Origin: Lama glama
Lineage: Eukaryota
Direction of reading: 5' to 3'
Length of the DNA: 64,000 nucleotides
NCBI GenBank assembly: GCA_028534125.1
Contig: CM052816.1
Location: forward strand, 91,824,001-91,888,000
In this document: piece by piece, positions 1 through 11,972 of the stretch
Numbering within the stretch: the first letter of the stretch is position 1
Layout: each line of letters starts with the position of its first letter
Position numbers and translations under genes: made by a program
The notes under the pieces: model-generated
Told to the model about the DNA's origin: nothing
The model's input: the letters and a program-made list of their open reading frames with translations, nothing else
Database searches by the model: none

Positions 1-645
1 TCCCCCAGTAATTGCCAAGGTTCTGGAAGCACCAGATCCTGTCATAAAATCAGATTCTTCGGGGAACTAAACAGCTAACAGCAATATTGCGAAGGATGAC
101 TGTTTATGGCATTAGAGGATGAGGGAGACTCGAGAGGGGCAGGCTGGATGGGCCACTTCAATCCATTAAATTAAACCCAAAATCAGTTCTGAAAATTCTT
201 CAGGTAGAAGAAAACATATCTGAGGGTAGGGCTCATTCTCTGTGCTACCAGTTTGTGACTAGCATACATTTTGTAGCCCCATTTTATACAGTGCCTAAAC
301 AAGTGTATTTAACCTAGATTAATGACATCCTTTAATAAATTCCCATTTGGTTAAATTAATGAAATTACTGAAATTACTGATAAGATATCTTCAGAATGAT
401 TCAAGCCTCTATTACAAATACATTTAGTTGTACTTAGATAAACCATTAGCTTAAATGTACTAATTATTTATTGAGTATTTTTTTTTTACAAATGACAAAA
501 CATAGGTGAGGGAAATAAGCATAGAATAATCTGATACGTGGGATTAGAATATCGAAGATCTAACATTTTCTCCCTCCCAACTCTACATAAAGGCACTGAG
601 AGACTCTGGATGCCTCAGTTAAGTATTACTTGAAGATATTCTTAA

Positions 646-706
646 ACACACATACACACATACACACACACACATACATACACACACACATACACACACA
701 CACACA
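646..706. repeat. Interrupted (CA)n microsatellite
   Basis: Run of ca units with interspersed ta. Confidence 0.95.
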
Positions 707-1959
707 GAGAAACCTAATTTCCTTCTAAGACTATTAAATGACATTTTTGCCATTCTGGGTAATTCATTTGGGAAGATAATTCCCTCAAGAAATTAAACTT
801 GAGTCTTGAGTTCTCGAGTCTGGGATGGTATTTATGACTTCAGTGTACATTTCTGGGCTTACATAACCATTTTGTGGATACTGAGTTGATGAGCTTTTCT
901 CTGCTTAAGCTAATCCTCAGATTAAAATTCGACTTCTTTATTAAATTGGGCACATTGAACCTATAAAATGCTCAAATCGCCAAAGGTAATTGGTGCAGTT
1001 TTTCAAAAGTCACCTAACTTACAATTAAGCAGTAGCTTCAGCAATAAAGGAAACTTGATCAGGAAGCAGTAAGTTGCTAATTTAATTACCAAAACGCGTT
1101 AAGCTTCAAATGCTAAAGCCTTGCAAAGCATTCTTAAATGATCCTGAAGTTTTCAGAGATAAAGTTTAAAATTTAATTTTTAGAGGCAAAACAAACCTCT
1201 ATCCTAATCAATTATCACCTTCCTCATACACTGAGTAAAAGCTAAAAGCCATTTCTGATTTTGGAATCTCTCCCTCTCCATAAGGTGCCCCACCCCACTG
1301 TCCAATTTGGATAAATGTCATTTTATAACTATTCTTCAGGGGATTTCTTCAGTGTCATTTTCTTTCTCTAGTTCTTTATATTCCTCTTCTTGTGTTATCA
1401 CTCCATTTGGTGTTGTGTCAAAGACAGAATTTCATTCAACTGTAATAGACTGCTTCAGGGTCCATTTCCAGTCTTCCAAGGCACATGGTCTGAGATTGAG
1501 ATCTACCACTTGTCTGCATTTCCAGCTACAGAATAATTCCACGGCCCAGGTTTAAAGGGAAAACAGGCAATACCACTACTCAGCACTTTTCTCTTACATA
1601 CACTAGAGATCCTGTATCATGATTAACTTACATGTCAATTTCAAACCCTAACTCTGGTGCAGCCTTTTAGGGCAGTTACGGTAACTGAGAAACTAAACCT
1701 TCAACAGTGCAATAGAAAAGCAGCTTGGAGTGTTGACTTTTGCTTTCCATAAATGAGGATTTGAAGTCAACTTCTAAGACGATACATGTTTCCGTGTGTA
1801 AAACTAGCAATCTAGACACGATTATGAGTTGATATTTGAAAAGGTATTTCTCTTAAGGACTTTCAAAATACATCCTGATATAAACTTATAACAATGATTC
1901 GTATGAAACTCTCAGTAGTTTTGCATGACAATTTTACAAAACAATTAAGTATAAATCTT

Positions 1960-2180
1960 AGACAGAACTCAGGGCTCAAAGCTCATCTTTGCCACTTACT
2001 AGTTTAACATGACTTTGGGCCACCCTAATTTTTCCCCAGTCTCCCTGTTTTCATCTGCCAAATGGAAACATTTATGCTTACTTCACAAGAGAAGTATGAA
2101 GATGAAACAAAGTTGAATGTAATAGTGCTCATGAAAGGACGACTAAGAACCTGAAATTAGTGTCCCAAAAATGTTTGTTG
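1960..2180 (+). mobile_element. MIR SINE remnant
   Basis: MIR core-like gccacttactag...gactttgggc...ttttcatctgccaaatgg. Confidence 0.6.
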
Positions 2181-2895
2181 AATTTTTTGGACAGTCAGAA
2201 AAGAATTTTTGGGAAACAGAACCTACCTTGAGTTAAAAGCATCATCTTTCTCTTCCTTGAGTGATTTCTGTGAATTTTGTTTGACGAGTATATTCAAGAA
2301 GTAAAAAGAAGATAACATAAAGAAGACAAAGAGAATAAAAGCAAAGCCAGATGTCTGGACATTTTCAAAATAGCTCTATTTAGAACTGGTCTAATTTGGG
2401 CGCTGAAAAAAATGACAGTCCATGACTGTATAAATAAACTGGTGATTTTAGGGTTCATGGAAAGAATATCACCAACAATTCTTCATAAATCAACTCATTT
2501 CACAGGGCTCAAATGAAACATTTTAAAATGCACTTCCATCAGGGAGTTAAATAAATGAGCAATTTCAGAAAGTAATGTCATGTGAATCTGTTGAAAGACT
2601 ATTTTAAAATCATGAGCTGACTTTAAGGCCGTGTTTCCATCTCTAGAAACCAACCTACCCAAGTAGGTGGAGACCCTGTTACCATTTGAGGCAGATTGTC
2701 TCCTTCCTCTGGAAGTACTAATCAATTGGGGCTCAATCATCTTTCTCAGACTCTTCTGAAAGCCTCCCTCAGTTCTGCAACCAGCTCAAACTAGGCAGCT
2801 AGACAGCAGGTGGACAAAAGAGAGTCAAACAGCTTCATGCTCCAAAGGCAACAGCTATTTTTTTTAAGGTTATGCTTTTTTCTATATCAGGAGGG

Positions 2896-3512
2896 AACTC
2901 AAATTTGAAAAGATATCTGCACCTCAGTGTTCATAGCAGCAGTATTTACAACAGCCAAGAAGTGGAAGCAACCTATATGTCCATCGACAGATGATTGGAT
3001 AAAGAAACTGTGGTATATTTATACAATGGAATACTACTCAGCCATAAAAGTGATAAAATAATGCCATTTGCAGCAACATGAATGGTCCTGGAGAATGTCA
3101 TTCTAAGTGAAGTAAGCCAGAAAGAGAAAGAAAAATACCATATGATATCACTCATATGTGGAATCTAAAAAAACAAAAACAAAAACAAAAACAAAAAAAC
3201 ACCCACAAATGAACTTATTTACAAAACAGAAACAGACTCACAGGCATAGAAAACAAACATGGTTATCGGGGGAAAAGAGTGGGAAGGGATAAATTGGGAG
3301 TTTGAGATTTTCAGATACTAACTATTGTATATAAAACAGATAAATAAATTTCTTCTGTGTAGCATAGGGAACTATATTCAATATCTTGTAATAACCTATA
3401 ATGAAAAAGAATATGAAAACAAAAATATGTATGTATATGTATGATTGAAACAATATGTTGTACACCAGACTGATGCAACGTTGTAAACCAGCTATACTTC
3501 AATTTAAAAAAA
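2896..3512 (+). mobile_element. 5'-truncated L1: end of ORF2 plus 3'UTR and A tail, cetartiodactyl/camelid type
   Basis: ggaagcaacctatatgtccatcgacagatgattggataaagaa...atacaatggaatactactcagccataaaa...gggaactatattcaatatcttgtaataacc...tatacttcaatttaaaaaaa. Confidence 0.92.
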
Positions 3513-3609
3513 CAGTAAGTTAGAGCAAAGCAAAGAAATAAATAAGTAAATAAATAAAGGTTACACTTTCTCCTAATTGGACCATCTTTCACCAAAACAA
3601 TACTGTGTT

Positions 3610-3747
3610 ACACTCCTGCCTGACAATTTATTAGGTGTATAATCTTGAGCAAATCTCCTCATTTCTCTGTGCCATGGGTATTTCTTTGTAAAATGAGTGT
3701 ATTCGATCAGAAAATTGCCAAAGCCCTTTGTAGCTCTAAGAATTCTA
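3610..3747 (+). mobile_element. MIR-family remnant
   Basis: aatcttgagcaaatctcctcatttctctgtgcc...tgtaaaatgag...agctctaagaattcta. Confidence 0.5.
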
Positions 3748-4247
3748 NNNNNNNNNNNNNNNNNNNNNNNNNNNNNNNNNNNNNNNNNNNNNNNNNNNNN
3801 NNNNNNNNNNNNNNNNNNNNNNNNNNNNNNNNNNNNNNNNNNNNNNNNNNNNNNNNNNNNNNNNNNNNNNNNNNNNNNNNNNNNNNNNNNNNNNNNNNNN
3901 NNNNNNNNNNNNNNNNNNNNNNNNNNNNNNNNNNNNNNNNNNNNNNNNNNNNNNNNNNNNNNNNNNNNNNNNNNNNNNNNNNNNNNNNNNNNNNNNNNNN
4001 NNNNNNNNNNNNNNNNNNNNNNNNNNNNNNNNNNNNNNNNNNNNNNNNNNNNNNNNNNNNNNNNNNNNNNNNNNNNNNNNNNNNNNNNNNNNNNNNNNNN
4101 NNNNNNNNNNNNNNNNNNNNNNNNNNNNNNNNNNNNNNNNNNNNNNNNNNNNNNNNNNNNNNNNNNNNNNNNNNNNNNNNNNNNNNNNNNNNNNNNNNNN
4201 NNNNNNNNNNNNNNNNNNNNNNNNNNNNNNNNNNNNNNNNNNNNNNN
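3748..4247. other. Assembly gap (500 N)
   Basis: Run of N. Confidence 1.
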
Positions 4248-5834
4248 GCTTGAAAAACAGTAGCAAAAACAGATTCACACAAATAAACAGCAAAACAACA
4301 CATTCTTTCTAAATTTTTCAGATAAGCAGAGAGTGGAGAGCATCCTTCGTAAGGATGAGGCTCTTCTACGTAAGAGCTGAGAAAAAAATTCCATGCTAAT
4401 TTAGCCCCATTGCTAAAAATTCTGTTTCAAATGAACATTACATTTTCCCATTTTTCTCTCCTGAAAATGCATTGGGACAAAAATGTATAAAACACTGACT
4501 GGGCCTACACGAAAAGAATCTTCCTAAGAAAAAGGTAAAGTACAAAATTAAAAAAATAAATCCCTATAGCATTTTTTGAAGCATGAAAAGCAAACTTTTT
4601 TTTAATGCATGACACCCCACAGTCCCTTCCCCCAGCCTTTGCAACAGAGCTCATATATTTTTGCATTTTCTATATGTGAAAAGTGGGGGAAAAATATCAA
4701 GAGAACATAAATCCGGACAGGGAAACAGAGAGGAATGACTTCACATACTTTTAACTTTCTCTTGTCACAGCCACTCAAATTAGACAAATTATTGTGACAA
4801 GAGGGACTGCGAAATAATGGTGGAAAGAACTGGTAATCTTATTACAAAACATAGATTTCTGATTAGAGCAGATCATAAATAAATTAAACTGAAGTAATTT
4901 CCACTCTGGCTCCTAAGAATGAAAGCTAATGTCTAGAATCAGTTTAGCCGATTTGCACATTACCTTAAGTGAATTTCAAGAATGATCTAATCCCCGTATT
5001 TGAATTAACAGGCAGAAAATTAAAGTTGGATTGCTACCTGGTGCTTCACTGCACTAAAGAGAAGCCCTCAATCTGTGTGCCATACCTTGTTGTTAAAACA
5101 ATGCTACAATGCTAAGGCATTAAACACAAGGGAATATCATCCAGTTGTAAAAGCTATTTATCCATCAGCCTGAGGATAATTAACCCAGAGAAGATAATAC
5201 TTATTTGAACCACTCCAAGTCAAAGAATACCCAAAGAGAAGACACACTCAACAGAGGTAAACCATCACCATTAATGCATAAACTATAATGCAGATCAGGA
5301 GCGATCAAATGGCTGAGATGACCGACACCAGGTCATTACTCTTCCTAACACTATAAGCAGCAGAAACTAAGCCACTGAAACAAGGACTGAAAGTGTGTTT
5401 CCACAACATCCTGTACACTTCAGGAAAGTAGGCTCTACACAGTGTCATGAGAAAATCAGCTGACACCTCACGTTATAAATGGCAATAATGTTTCACCTTG
5501 ACCTCCATTCAACAATTTATTTAGAAAGAATTCTTCTTCAGAGAAGTCACTTAAGGCATTTAATTGTGTTTAACATCAAAATAAAAGGACCTGATTCCAT
5601 AATTCAGTCAACTTTCCACTAAATAACTACCACAGAAACAACCGTTTCCATACTCAAACAAGTGACAGCAATGCAACAAAAAGGACACCTGGGAAAACCT
5701 CTGCCTTTTCATTTTAAGGAACCTCATATGCTCCCACTAGGCAGAGCAGGACTGAGACTCACACATTCCATATGTCTTCCAAACATAGCCAGCACTGTGC
5801 AGAGGGCAAGAGACAAGGGAGACCAGATGCCTAC

Positions 5835-5924
5835 CTTCGCTGGTGGCCACATTCTTCTGGGCTTGGGTTGGCGTGTGATCAGTACTTGAACTCACGTCGG
5901 ATGAGATGCTTGAGCTGCCTTTGC
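5835..5924 (-). CDS. FBXL7: Internal coding exon (exon 2, 90 nt, phase 1-1) of F-box and leucine-rich repeat protein 7
   Basis: The minus strand reads ctctttcttcttttttctag|GCAAAGGCAGC...AGCGAAG|gtaggc: polypyrimidine tract, AG acceptor and GT donor. It translates to (G)KGSSSISSDVSSSTDHTPTQAQKNVATSE(D), matching the recalled FBXL7 N-terminus MGANNGKQYGSEGKGSSSISSDVSSSTDHTPTKAQKNVATSEDSD. Confidence 0.95.
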
Positions 5925-6475
5925 CTAGAAAAAAGAAGAAAGAGCAGCTTTTGTGTTTCGTAATTTCAGAACTGGACCGTGCCTTCTGCTCCAGCCCATA
6001 CCAAGCCGTATCACTTGTTTCCAAGAAAGGAGTCATAATACCAAGAATGGAGTTTATTAGATTTCTTGCCTTATGTATTAAATATCTTATGGGAGATACC
6101 TAACCCACATTATAGGAGAATGAAAGCCCTATTGGAATATGCCTTGACTATAAACTCAGACAAGATTATAAAACATAGTCAACTATGATAATGCAATCTC
6201 ATCTTGGCATACATGTGAGTAAGAAAGTACATGTGGGAAACACATCTACAGTATTAATGTTTTATTTGCAACTGTAAACTGTACATTTCCTAGTAAAGGA
6301 CAAAAGCAAATCTAAGACTGAGGCATTATCCAAAGAACAAGAGTCTGCTGGCTCCAGATAGCTGCATCACCTTAAAAAGCAAATTCCCTGCTTTAATGGA
6401 TTCTTCATTAAACCCACTTTGCTTTTCCAATGCAGTACTTCTCAAACAGGGATGCCTCTCCCCACAAGGGGAGGA

Positions 6476-6879
6476 CTGTGCAGCTGTAATTAAATTTCCT
6501 ATAGCAGTTTGACTTTAATCAAATGGGTGATTATCCTGGGTGAGCCTGACCTAAACACATAAGTAAACCCTCTTAAAGAGTCTAAAGAGAGAGACCCTTC
6601 CTGCTAGTCTTGAAGAAGCAAGTCACTATGAGTTCTACAGCTGCAAAGAAATGAATTCTACCAGCCCCACGTAAGCACGGTAGAGGACCCCAACCTCAGA
6701 AGAGAAAGCAGCCCTGGCCAACACCTTGACTGCAGCTTTGCAAGATCCTGAACAAAAGACCCAGTTGATCCAAGCCCAGAATTCTGACCCAAGGAAACAG
6801 TGGGATAACAGATGTATGTCATGTTAAGCTGCAGCTAAATTCACAGTAATGTGTTATGCGGACCTAGAAAACTAAAACA
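6476..6879 (+). mobile_element. MaLR LTR (MLT1 family)
   Basis: gattatcctgggtgagcctgacctaa...tgaagaagcaagtcactatgagttctacagctgcaaagaaatgaattct...gccctggccaacaccttgactgcagc...tagaaaactaaaaca. Confidence 0.8.
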
Positions 6880-8429
6880 AGGACCAGCCAATTATATCCC
6901 AAATGAACTCTTTTCGCTCCACAAGTTATGATCTGAATAAACTCTTACACGCAGCTGAGAAACACTGCTTTACAATAGTCTCCCCTGCACAATGGCACAC
7001 ACCCCAGTTAGGTGGGGTGAGCAAACAGTCTATAAAAGGACAAAGTAGAAAATGAGCTTCATTTGAAGAAGCTTCAGGATTTTTGTTTGCTAATGCTGCT
7101 AATGGAACCATCCAAGTTCATGGGGGTTATCACCCGGGCAGGCAAGTACATGGCTGCTGTTTCTTCTCACCACTGCGCATGGCTCACTGTGACTCTGAAA
7201 CAAGGCTGCCATTCCCATCCTCTCTGCCCATTCCACATCCTCCTCCCTTAGGGTTAGCAGAGATGGTGAGAAACCCTCCAACACTGTATCGTCATTTATG
7301 TGCGTCAGGCAGCACCATTTATCTGCCATGGTTCACCTTTGGTGGGGGGTTGACAAGTTGGACCAGATGCCCAGTTAGAAGTATGTCAACCTGGTCTCTG
7401 ACCTTAGTCTGCTGCTCTTGCTCTTAGACCTTGGACCCTCACTTCTCCCCCAGGAAGCTCAGGGCCCAAATCCAATAGTGGACATGTTTGGACTAAGTGA
7501 TTCCCAGCAACTCAAACAGTCTATGATTCTACGAGTCCAGAATCATTCTCCTCAAACCTGAGTAATGCGAACCCTCCCTGTAATATGGCAAGAAAAGCAT
7601 TGCTGTGCACCGCTAACACACAGAAATTATTTGTATTAATTGTTACTTAGTGACGCACCGTGATGGAAAGCTATAAATGAACTCCATCTGCCTTAGATTT
7701 GATTCAACAATAAGACCAAAACAAAATAACGAACTGGACACCAAAACAATACAACCCATGAAATTCAAATTAACAACATTCATTTAACATGGCAGATGAT
7801 GTTATTTTGCTGAAATTACATTGCCTTTCAAAACGCAGACTGCATACTGGCTGCTGAAGCCAACGTGCTCTTGGTTTCAGCACGCCCAGCTACCCCAGGC
7901 CCTGGGAGGACTCGCCCATGCCCACCACTTCCCTCCACCTAACTCAGGGAGTCCTTCCTGCCACAGCGGGACACATGTCAGTCGGTCCTCACTTGATCTG
8001 ACTGTATCACTCACGTGTTTTAAGCCTGCTCTTCTTTTATTCCTTATTAGCTTATAACCACTGAAGCCCAGCTCCTTCCTTAAAAGACAGGGGCACACTT
8101 GAACAATGAACTCTGGTGGGAGGAGTCTGTTACAGAGGGAAACCAGTCTACAATTATTATTTTCAAGATTATTGTATCAATGAAAGCACAAAAGAAAACA
8201 ACACATTTGAGAGGAAATTTCAGATAGATCTGAAAATGGGTGTGCAGACTCCTCAGATGACCCCAATCTCCAATTTAAGAAACGTTAGCCTATCAAAAAA
8301 GGAAAGATTGGGTAAACAAATGATATCATTAATGATATTTCCAATAACAGCGAGCACTGAGGGTGTATGCTGTGTTGTGTAGTCTCGTAGACACTTCAGA
8401 TGCTTCCTCATATTACTCACTATGCCCTG

Positions 8430-8565
8430 CGACTGTTTCATGATTGCCCTCCCGCCACGGAAGCTTTTTAGACGTTTTTCCTTATCAACCTTCAAATGAA
8501 ATTATAATACCACAAATATACTGTAGATCTGATATGTGCTGTGTGTACATCTATACACACACGCG

Positions 8566-8598
<33 letters not shown>

Positions 8599-8698
8599 CT
8601 GCTTTTTACATACAAAATAAGTAAGATTTTTCACCACCCCTCAACCAAGAACCAACTTTTGTTCCCTTGGGGGTGCAATCACCTCCGTTAAGAATGTG
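8430..8698. mobile_element. hAT-Charlie-type DNA transposon remnant with an internal (CA)n(TA)n microsatellite (about 8555-8598)
   Basis: gaagctttttagacgtttttcc...aataccacaaatatactgtagatct...aagaaccaacttttgttcccttgggggtgcaatcacctccgttaagaat; subfamily uncertain. Confidence 0.5.
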
Positions 8699-8786
8699 CA
8701 TCTTTTGATAAAAAAAAAATGTTTTAAATGCCTGAGTATTTAAGGAATTAAATAATTAAAGAAAGCAAGATAATACAGAGATAGAT

Positions 8787-9367
8787 ACAATCCATTCTGA
8801 TGATGGTCTATGAAGTCACTGCAAACACTGAATTAACAGCATGGGATCAGTGCTCCGAGAGGAAACACAGGATTAGGTGTCTGTGAGCCTCTGATCACAT
8901 TTTCATCAACCCATCAACACATAACCTTGTTCTATGTGTGTTTTTAGACACTTTAAATATATACTGTTCGTTTATTAGCACTGAACTCAAGGCCAACAGC
9001 ACAGTAACTCAAGCCTACATGCACAGCCTGTCACAGCCTTCTTGTACGTAGGAATATTAGACAGCTCTTCAGCACTACCATTGGGGGCCATTTCAAATAG
9101 TGAAATCACCAAGAAAAAGCATAAAAATGCAAAACAAGTGGCACCAAACAGACTATAAGAAGAACACTTATTTATAGCACGAGAGCTGAAACAAGAAGGC
9201 ATCTTGTCAACCCCAGATCCTGTACACCTGCAGACTCAAATTCACCTCCCTGTGTACGTCCAAGGATGGCCATGAAGCATCATGAGTCCTGATCTGGAAT
9301 TACAAATAAATTTCAGCTGGTAGGCCAATTTGCAAATATGCAATCCAAAAATAGCGAGAATCAAGTT
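8787..9367. mobile_element. TcMar-Tigger MITE, MER82-like
   Basis: gaagtcactgcaaacactgaatta...acataaccttgttctatgtgtg...gggggccatttcaaatagtgaaatcacc...gagagctgaaacaagaaggc...ttacaaataaatttcagc matches the recalled MER82 consensus along most of its length. Confidence 0.75.
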
Positions 9368-9424
9368 CATCTAATCTTGAATTAAATCTGGTTTCACAGC
9401 GTGTAACCAGCTTTCACATACACT

Positions 9425-9610
9425 TAAGTGGGCAGAGTGTAGGATCTAGAGTCAGGAAGCCAGGGTTTATATCTGGATTTGCCACTTACTAGTAGTGAGT
9501 AAATTATTAAACCCCTTGATACTTTAGTTTTTTTCCAACTCTAAACGAGGTGGAGTCAGATTAAATAAAATAATGCAGATATATCAGTTAGGATAGTGCA
9601 TTTAGAAAGT
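9425..9610 (+). mobile_element. MIR SINE remnant
   Basis: tctagagtcaggaagccagggtttatatctggatttgccacttactag. Confidence 0.65.
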
Positions 9611-10829
9611 ATTTTATAAATCTTAGCATAACAGGGCTCATATTTTGGATACTATTAACATGCTCTTCTCTTCTGCCTTGCTTCTGGAAGCATAACCATC
9701 TCTTTAGTGAGTTCAAGTGGAGAGAAAAAGGGTGTGTGTGTTGGGTCCAGGAGGGGAGAGCAGAGCTTACAGAAAACATGCTATAGGAGAAACTCAGAGG
9801 TAAAGAACAAGGTGACATTCAGCTTCTAATAGTCAGAAACAAATCTGCAGTATAAGTGTTCTTGTAAGCCAAGCTACTGTTTTAGGAAGGAACTGCATCC
9901 ATTTCTCACCTCCTTTAGCAAATCAAAGGCCAGATCTTTCAGTTGGACCCTGGAATTCTATATAAAGTCAGAAGATGGGGCAGGAAGCCCAGCCTAGGGA
10001 AAACCTGCAAAAACCTGGAAAGGACCAGGGGAGAGGGAGGCATGGGTAAGACGTACCCAGATCGCATCCTTGTTTTTCCTCTCTGGGCTTCCTCTGAGAG
10101 AAGGGAAGATGGGTTAGACATGGAACAGTAGCTCTGGGGACAGAAGGGTGTTGTCCCCCAAGCCCCATAATTAGCATACTGGAGAACAGTCACCCTTAGA
10201 TGTCCCAGCATCAACTAGACGCATGGCCAAGTCAGGCTGCAGGGTAGTCTGGTCTGGCTCAGAGAAGTCCTGAGGTGCAACTTCCTGGAGTCACCTGGGT
10301 TCCCTTGTGGCATCGAAAGGACCCCAAGCAGAGGACAGTCTGTTAGGGACTTGCCTGGGGGAGTCAGAACACTCGGTGTGATGCCTCCGCAGCCAGAACA
10401 AGGGCCAATCACCACCTCAGGGCTGAAGGGGAGGCACAGCCAGATCTGAGAGGACATCAACACCAGCAAGGACTGAGGTGTGATGGTTTTAAAATCTATC
10501 TACAAATTCTGTGTCAACTCCGCTGCAAAAGGGGGAGCTTAATTCCCTTGCCCTTAAATGGGAAACTAGGGGTAGAGCTCAGCCACCCGTGTTTCAACAA
10601 GCCCTCCAAGTGATCAGCTCTGCCAAGTCTGAAAAGCATGCAGTAGCTTCTCCTGGTGACCAACGCCTTCACCTCCACATAAAGCTGCCCCAAGAACCCA
10701 GTAAGACCAGGCAAAGAGCTCAGCCCAGTGACTCTCACACAGACATGTGCTTAATAAATGTTGGCCACTCTGTCCTACAACCAGCATGGCTGACCACTTC
10801 TTGTGCAATTGGAGCAATTTGTGGTTTTG

Positions 10830-10970
10830 TGTGATCAAAACCCAGCTCTACCATTTCCAAGTTGCACGTGTATCCATGAGCAAGTCTCTCAAACTCTAAA
10901 TCTTGTTTCGTCTCCTGTAACACAGAGATGGAAACCTCTTTCACCTTTTGCAAATGGGTGTCATGGTGCC
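10830..10970 (+). mobile_element. MIR SINE remnant
   Basis: caaaacccagctctaccattt...gagcaagtctctc...gtttcgtctcctgtaa. Confidence 0.5.
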
Positions 10971-10984
10971 CATGCTTTGCTGTC

Positions 10985-11510
10985 TGTATCAGTCAGGGTT
11001 CTCCAGAGAAATAGAACTGATAAGAGATACATAAATATCTCCTATCAAGATACACGGAAGGACCAGGGGAAATTATAAATTTATTTTTATAAATATATAT
11101 ATATTATATATACATATATGTAGGATGTATGTGTAGAAATAATATATAGAAACACAGAATTAGAAAGAGATATTTAAAGGAATTGGTTCACATAATAGTT
11201 GGAGCTGACAGGTCGGAAATCTGTCACGTAGGCAGGCCAGCAGCTGGATGCAAACTCAGGTGGGAGTTAACGCTGCAGTCTTGAGGCAGAATTCCTTCTT
11301 TTCCAGTAAATCTCACATTGCACTTTGAAGCCCTTCAAGTGATTGGACTGAAGGCCCACTATCCAATCAACAGTCATTATTGAAGGTAAATTCTCTAAAA
11401 GTTATGACTGCAGATGTTAACCACATCTACAAAATGCCCTCATGGCAACACCTTGATTAGTGTTTGATGACACAGCTGGGTATTACAGCCTGGCCAGGTG
11501 GACACAGACA
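10985..11510 (-). mobile_element. ERVL LTR (MLT2 family)
   Basis: Begins tgtatcagtcagggttctccagagaa (reverse complement of the MLT2 3' end), has a TA tract and aaggaattggttcacataat, and ends attagtgtttga...cagcctggccaggtggacaca. Confidence 0.85.
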
Positions 11511-11519
11511 GTGTGTCAT

Positions 11520-11790
11520 GGTGTCAGACCCACGTGAGTTTAAATTCCATATCCACCCCTTCCGTGCACCATGCCCGCGAGAAGATCCCTCTAACTCTCT
11601 GAGCTTTATTGTCTTCATCCATAAAACAGGGATAAAAACAAACAAAGAACCAACTACCTACTTCCTCTACTAAAAATAGGTGAGCTGTACCCATCTTACA
11701 GGGTTTGGGAGAGGTTGCGATGAGTGATGGCTTGTAAACCAGTCAATCACGTCCAGTGCCGGTGAGAGCCTACCACGCGTGACTGTTTAA
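11520..11790 (+). mobile_element. MIR SINE remnant
   Basis: gtcagacccacgtgagtttaaattcc...ctctgagctttattgtcttcatccataaaacagggataa. Confidence 0.6.
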
Positions 11791-11873
11791 TACTGACCCG
11801 TTTATCACAGTTCAATTTGTATCAGGAAACAAGAAATGAAAACTTAAAACATTAATCATATTTTGCTATTACC

Positions 11874-11972
11874 TGCATATATAATAGTAAGTAAATATTA
11901 TATATGCATATATATAGTATAAATATTATATATACTATATATATAGTAAGTAAATATTATATATGCATATAA
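11874..11972. repeat. AT-rich minisatellite, about 3 copies of a ~30-bp unit
   Basis: Repeated atatatagtaagtaaatattatatatgc variants. Confidence 0.8.

Larger units (their letters stand above)
1..5834 (-). other. FBXL7: FBXL7 intron 2 (partial)
   Basis: Begins gtaggc at 5834 on the minus strand; no exon 3 peptide (DSDLSMRTLS) seen. Confidence 0.8.

Noticed and set aside
3645..4303. Long ORFs of 180-200 aa
   Set aside because: Artefacts of the 500-N gap.
5737..6036. 99-aa minus-strand ORF running through the FBXL7 exon from an upstream ATG
   Set aside because: Only 5835-5924 matches FBXL7. The extension translates the polypyrimidine tract (SFFFFL) and the donor site, so it is most likely chance read-through.
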